This document shows positions 60,986 to 64,000 of a stretch of 64,000 bases of DNA, piece after piece; the first letter of the stretch is position 1; each line of letters opens with the position of its first letter. Where the stretch lies: assembly GCA_003249555.1 (NCBI GenBank), contig QKIQ01000067.1, forward strand, positions 27,835-91,834, given 5' to 3'. Both the position numbers and the translations under genes were made by a program. Below the pieces are notes generated by a model. The model was not told the origin of the DNA. It ran no database searches and saw nothing but the letters and a program-made list of their open reading frames with translations. This DNA is from Clostridia bacterium (GTDB taxonomy: Bacteria > Bacillota > Clostridia > Christensenellales > SZUA-584).

Positions 60986-61152
60986 AACAACTTTCATTAA
61001 TATGACTTATAGAATCGGCTTGCGACAGCCGGTTTTTTTGAGTTATCATTTAAGCCACTTGCTTCGTATATATATATTATAGCCCCCATTGTTTACACAT
61101 GCGTAATGAACCGGCACGCGTGTGAATATATATAGATGCGGGTGGTGAAACA

Positions 61153-61737
61153 ATGAAAAAGCGGACAGTGATTACGAACATTTTTTTAATACTCATCATG
61201 GGTCTGACTTATGTGGCGTCGTTCGGGTTTGCCTTGCCGTCTCAAAGTTTGGCATTGAAAGGCTGTACAGGCGAAAACAATATCGCGCTTCAGATCACCG
61301 TGGATGAAAACAGCGACGTGGCGGCCTATATGGATCGGCTGGAAAAGCTGGGCGCATTTGGCACGTTTTTTTTCTGCGAACAGTGCTATAAGGATAAAAG
61401 CTGCGTCATAAGCGAGGTTATCTCGCGCGGCCACGGCGTGGGTTTTTACGTTTGTGAGGAACACGAGGGCAAGGAAACGGATATGTACATAGGACACGGA
61501 TACAGCGTCCCCGTCATGAGCTGTGATGACGGCAGTGCATTGCGCCGTATCGGCCCGTCTATCGACTTTGAAAAGCTCAAAACGCATGCGGCGTGGCAGC
61601 AGCTTTTGCAGGAAAACATATACGGAGATATGTTTATTCGAATTGACGCGAATAATGAATTCGGGGATTTCGAAAAAGTTGTACAAATTATACGGGATAA
61701 AGGTTATACTATCCTTAAGGTGGAAGAAATGCTTTAA
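61153..61737 (+). CDS. Degenerate polysaccharide deacetylase-like sporulation protein (YlxY position)
   Basis: N-term TM, IALQITVD, GTFFF, RGH, IRDKGYTILKVEEML; upstream of M16 peptidase. Confidence 0.6.
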   Translation: MKKRTVITNIFLILIMGLTYVASFGFALPSQSLALKGCTGENNIALQITVDENSDVAAYMDRLEKLGAFGTFFFCEQCYKDKSCVISEVISRGHGVGFYVCEEHEGKETDMYIGHGYSVPVMSCDDGSALRRIGPSIDFEKLKTHAAWQQLLQENIYGDMFIRIDANNEFGDFEKVVQIIRDKGYTILKVEEML

Positions 61738-61750
61738 AAGGAGACGACAT

Positions 61751-63055
61751 ATGTTAAAAACGCTGGATAACGGTCTGCGCGTGATAACGGAGCCATTGCC
61801 AAATTATCGCTCGGTGGCCGTCGGCATATGGGTAAAAACAGGCTCGACGTGTGAGAGCCCTGAGGAAAACGGTATCTCGCACTTTATCGAGCACATGATG
61901 TTTAAAGGAACGCAGAAGCGCAGCGCCAAACAGATTGCTGTGGATATGGACAAGATCGGCGGCCAGCTCAACGCGTTCACCTCCAAGGAATGCACGTGCT
62001 ACCATGCGCGCGTCGTGCCCGAAAAGCTTGACGTGGCTGTGGATGTGCTTGCAGACCTTTTCTGCGATCCTTTGCTGGAAGAGCACGAGATCGAAAAAGA
62101 AAAGGGCGTGGTGCTCGAAGAGATCGCGATGGTCAACGACAACGTAGAAGAGCTTGCCCACGAGAAAATATCCGAGATCTATTTTGAGGGCAGCACGCTT
62201 TCTCAGCCGATACTCGGGCCTGCTAAGAATATCAGCGCGTTTCAGCGCAGCAACCTTGTGAATTATATCGAAAATCATTATTATCCGGCCAACGTCGTGG
62301 TGGCGGTCGCGGGCAAATACGACGAAGCGCGCCTTGATGACGTGCTGGACCAATACATTGGCAGCTACAGCCGCGGCACACGCAAGGAGGTATCCGACTG
62401 CTCGACACCCTTTGTGCCCAAACCGAGCACGCTGTATGTGGAGAAGGACGTGGAGCAAACGCATCTGTGTTTGGCTTTTCCGGGGTGCACGTTTGCGGAC
62501 GACGACCGCTTTGCGCTGGCAGTGCTCAACAACGTGCTGGGAGGCGGCATGAGCTCGCGGCTGTTCCAGTCTATCCGTGAGGAGAAAGGTCTGGCGTATT
62601 CCGTGTATTCGTATCCGTCATCTTACAGCTACACGGGCATGTATACGCTGTACGCGGGCACCACGGCCGCCAATGCGGATACGGTGGTGCAACTCATGAA
62701 GCAGGAGATCGACCGATTAAAGGCTGAGCATATCAGTGAGGCGGACTTCAGGCAGGGCATTGACCAGCTCAAGGGTAATTTTGTGCTCTCCATGGAGGGT
62801 GTCAATTCCAAAATGAGCGCGGTCGGCAAATCGCTGATACTGCTGGACGAGGTCTACGATGAGGACAAAACCATCGCCAAGATCGATGCGGTGACATTGG
62901 ATCGTGTGAACGCGATGATCGATGAGATATTTGATTATAAAAACATGTCGGCTGTGTTCGCGGGCAAAATAGAGAAGAAAAAAGAGCTGGAGAGTTTTTT
63001 GGAGGGGTTAAATGGACAAGCTGGAGAACATATTCAAGTATCAGAATCAGTTTGA
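61751..63055 (+). CDS. M16 family zinc peptidase (MlpA/YmxG-like)
   Basis: HFIEH inverted motif, NAFTSKE, GGGMSSRLFQ..RE..GLAYSV. Confidence 0.93.
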   Translation: MLKTLDNGLRVITEPLPNYRSVAVGIWVKTGSTCESPEENGISHFIEHMMFKGTQKRSAKQIAVDMDKIGGQLNAFTSKECTCYHARVVPEKLDVAVDVLADLFCDPLLEEHEIEKEKGVVLEEIAMVNDNVEELAHEKISEIYFEGSTLSQPILGPAKNISAFQRSNLVNYIENHYYPANVVVAVAGKYDEARLDDVLDQYIGSYSRGTRKEVSDCSTPFVPKPSTLYVEKDVEQTHLCLAFPGCTFADDDRFALAVLNNVLGGGMSSRLFQSIREEKGLAYSVYSYPSSYSYTGMYTLYAGTTAANADTVVQLMKQEIDRLKAEHISEADFRQGIDQLKGNFVLSMEGVNSKMSAVGKSLILLDEVYDEDKTIAKIDAVTLDRVNAMIDEIFDYKNMSAVFAGKIEKKKELESFLEGLNGQAGEHIQVSESV

Positions 63056-63371
63056 CACAGAGCTCGCGAAGACGCGCGGTCTTGAGGGCATCCCGATGGA
63101 GCAGTGGATCCAGAAGGAAACGCTTGCCATGCTCTCAGAGCTTTCAGAGCTTATAGACGAGGTCAATTTCAAGTGGTGGAAGAATCCAAAGCCTGTCGAT
63201 ACAAACAAGGTGAAGGATGAGCTGGTGGACATCCTGCACTTTTTTGTGAGCATGTGCTTAAAGACGGGCATGGATGCAGCCGAGCTGCACGAACGCTATT
63301 TGAGCAAAAATAAGGAGAACTTCGCGCGGCAGCACGGCACATCCGAGAAGAAGGGCTATGAGGTCGGGTGA
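63012..63371 (+). CDS. All-alpha dimeric dUTPase
   Basis: ELSEL, FKWWK, DELVDILHF, KNKENFARQ. Confidence 0.85.
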   Translation: MDKLENIFKYQNQFDTELAKTRGLEGIPMEQWIQKETLAMLSELSELIDEVNFKWWKNPKPVDTNKVKDELVDILHFFVSMCLKTGMDAAELHERYLSKNKENFARQHGTSEKKGYEVG

Positions 63372-63425
63372 AAAAATGAAAGCGAGTCTCCGTTCAAGGA
63401 GGCCCGCTTTTTGTAATGATTCGCT

Positions 63426-64000
63426 TTACCCCTGCCAATTCTGCATATGTTCCGATATGCCCGGCATAAGTATGCCGCTTCCGTCGAGAGCATTGATCAT
63501 GAATTCCTCTTCGTTTCCATGCGTCCAAGTATCCTTTTGGTCAAACAAATACTCTTCCTGCGCCATGATATGCCATGCGGGTACGATCAGCACGCGCTCG
63601 GGGTCGTCCTTGGCGTTGATGTATGTCGTAACAAGCCGTATTTCTTCGATTCTGACGCGCTTTACTTCTTGTTGCGCGTGGTTCAGCCATGCCCCATTCA
63701 TAAAGTAAATATGGTCGAGGATACGTTGCTTTGTTTCATCGAGTGGCAAAAGAGTGGTATTTTCGGCAACGCGCTCTACGACCTGCGCCATGTCTCTCCA
63801 TGAGAAATACTCCACGCCATCTTCGCTTACAAGCAGGTTCACACACTCAAGACCAAAGGGCGCGCAATATAGTTCTGAATAGTCCTGTTCATGCGAAAAG
63901 CCGCCGCCGCGTTGTGAAAGCGAGGGGATGCCGCCGCATTCGCGTACAAATTCCACGTAGCATCCGGGTATTGTGTAATCATCCTGATCGCGCTCTCTGG
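63426..64000 (-). CDS. DUF6034-like protein (5' part off window)
   Basis: LLPLDET..RI, IEEIRL, IVPAW, FMINALDGS; frame open to window edge. Confidence 0.7.
   Translation of the reverse strand, partial: RERDQDDYTIPGCYVEFVRECGGIPSLSQRGGGFSHEQDYSELYCAPFGLECVNLLVSEDGVEYFSWRDMAQVVERVAENTTLLPLDETKQRILDHIYFMNGAWLNHAQQEVKRVRIEEIRLVTTYINAKDDPERVLIVPAWHIMAQEEYLFDQKDTWTHGNEEEFMINALDGSGILMPGISEHMQNWQG

Overview
Chromosomal window from an endospore-forming anaerobic Firmicute, probably Clostridia (spoIIGA-sigE, gerM, sleB, T-box, ferredoxins). Most of it is housekeeping: feoAB, Ku/LigD NHEJ, iscSU-metA, GH36/GH13, pckG, gerM-rph-rdgB-ysnB and cell-envelope glycosylation genes. There are three riboswitch-type leaders (yybP-ykoY, Ile T-box, NiCo) and a small MITE. 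The most unusual part is the first 5 kb. (i) An intact orphan phage terminase pair (TerS-like + TerL) has no other phage genes nearby and is split by a self-contained ferredoxin cassette; it may be a domesticated or dispersed DNA-packaging (GTA-like) system. (ii) Divergent from it, a two-gene operon encodes a cytidylate-kinase-like/PD-(D/E)xK-nuclease-like fusion and an HPRT homologue with catalytic-site substitutions. Other leads are an Ile T-box over an acyl-CoA ligase, duplicated NAGPA + small-membrane-protein modules near glf and GT2-GtrA, tandem DUF6034 C-terminal remnants beside an orphan BlaI, and a 182-nt spoIIGA/sigE overlap. All family assignments come from motif recognition by eye; no database searches were run.
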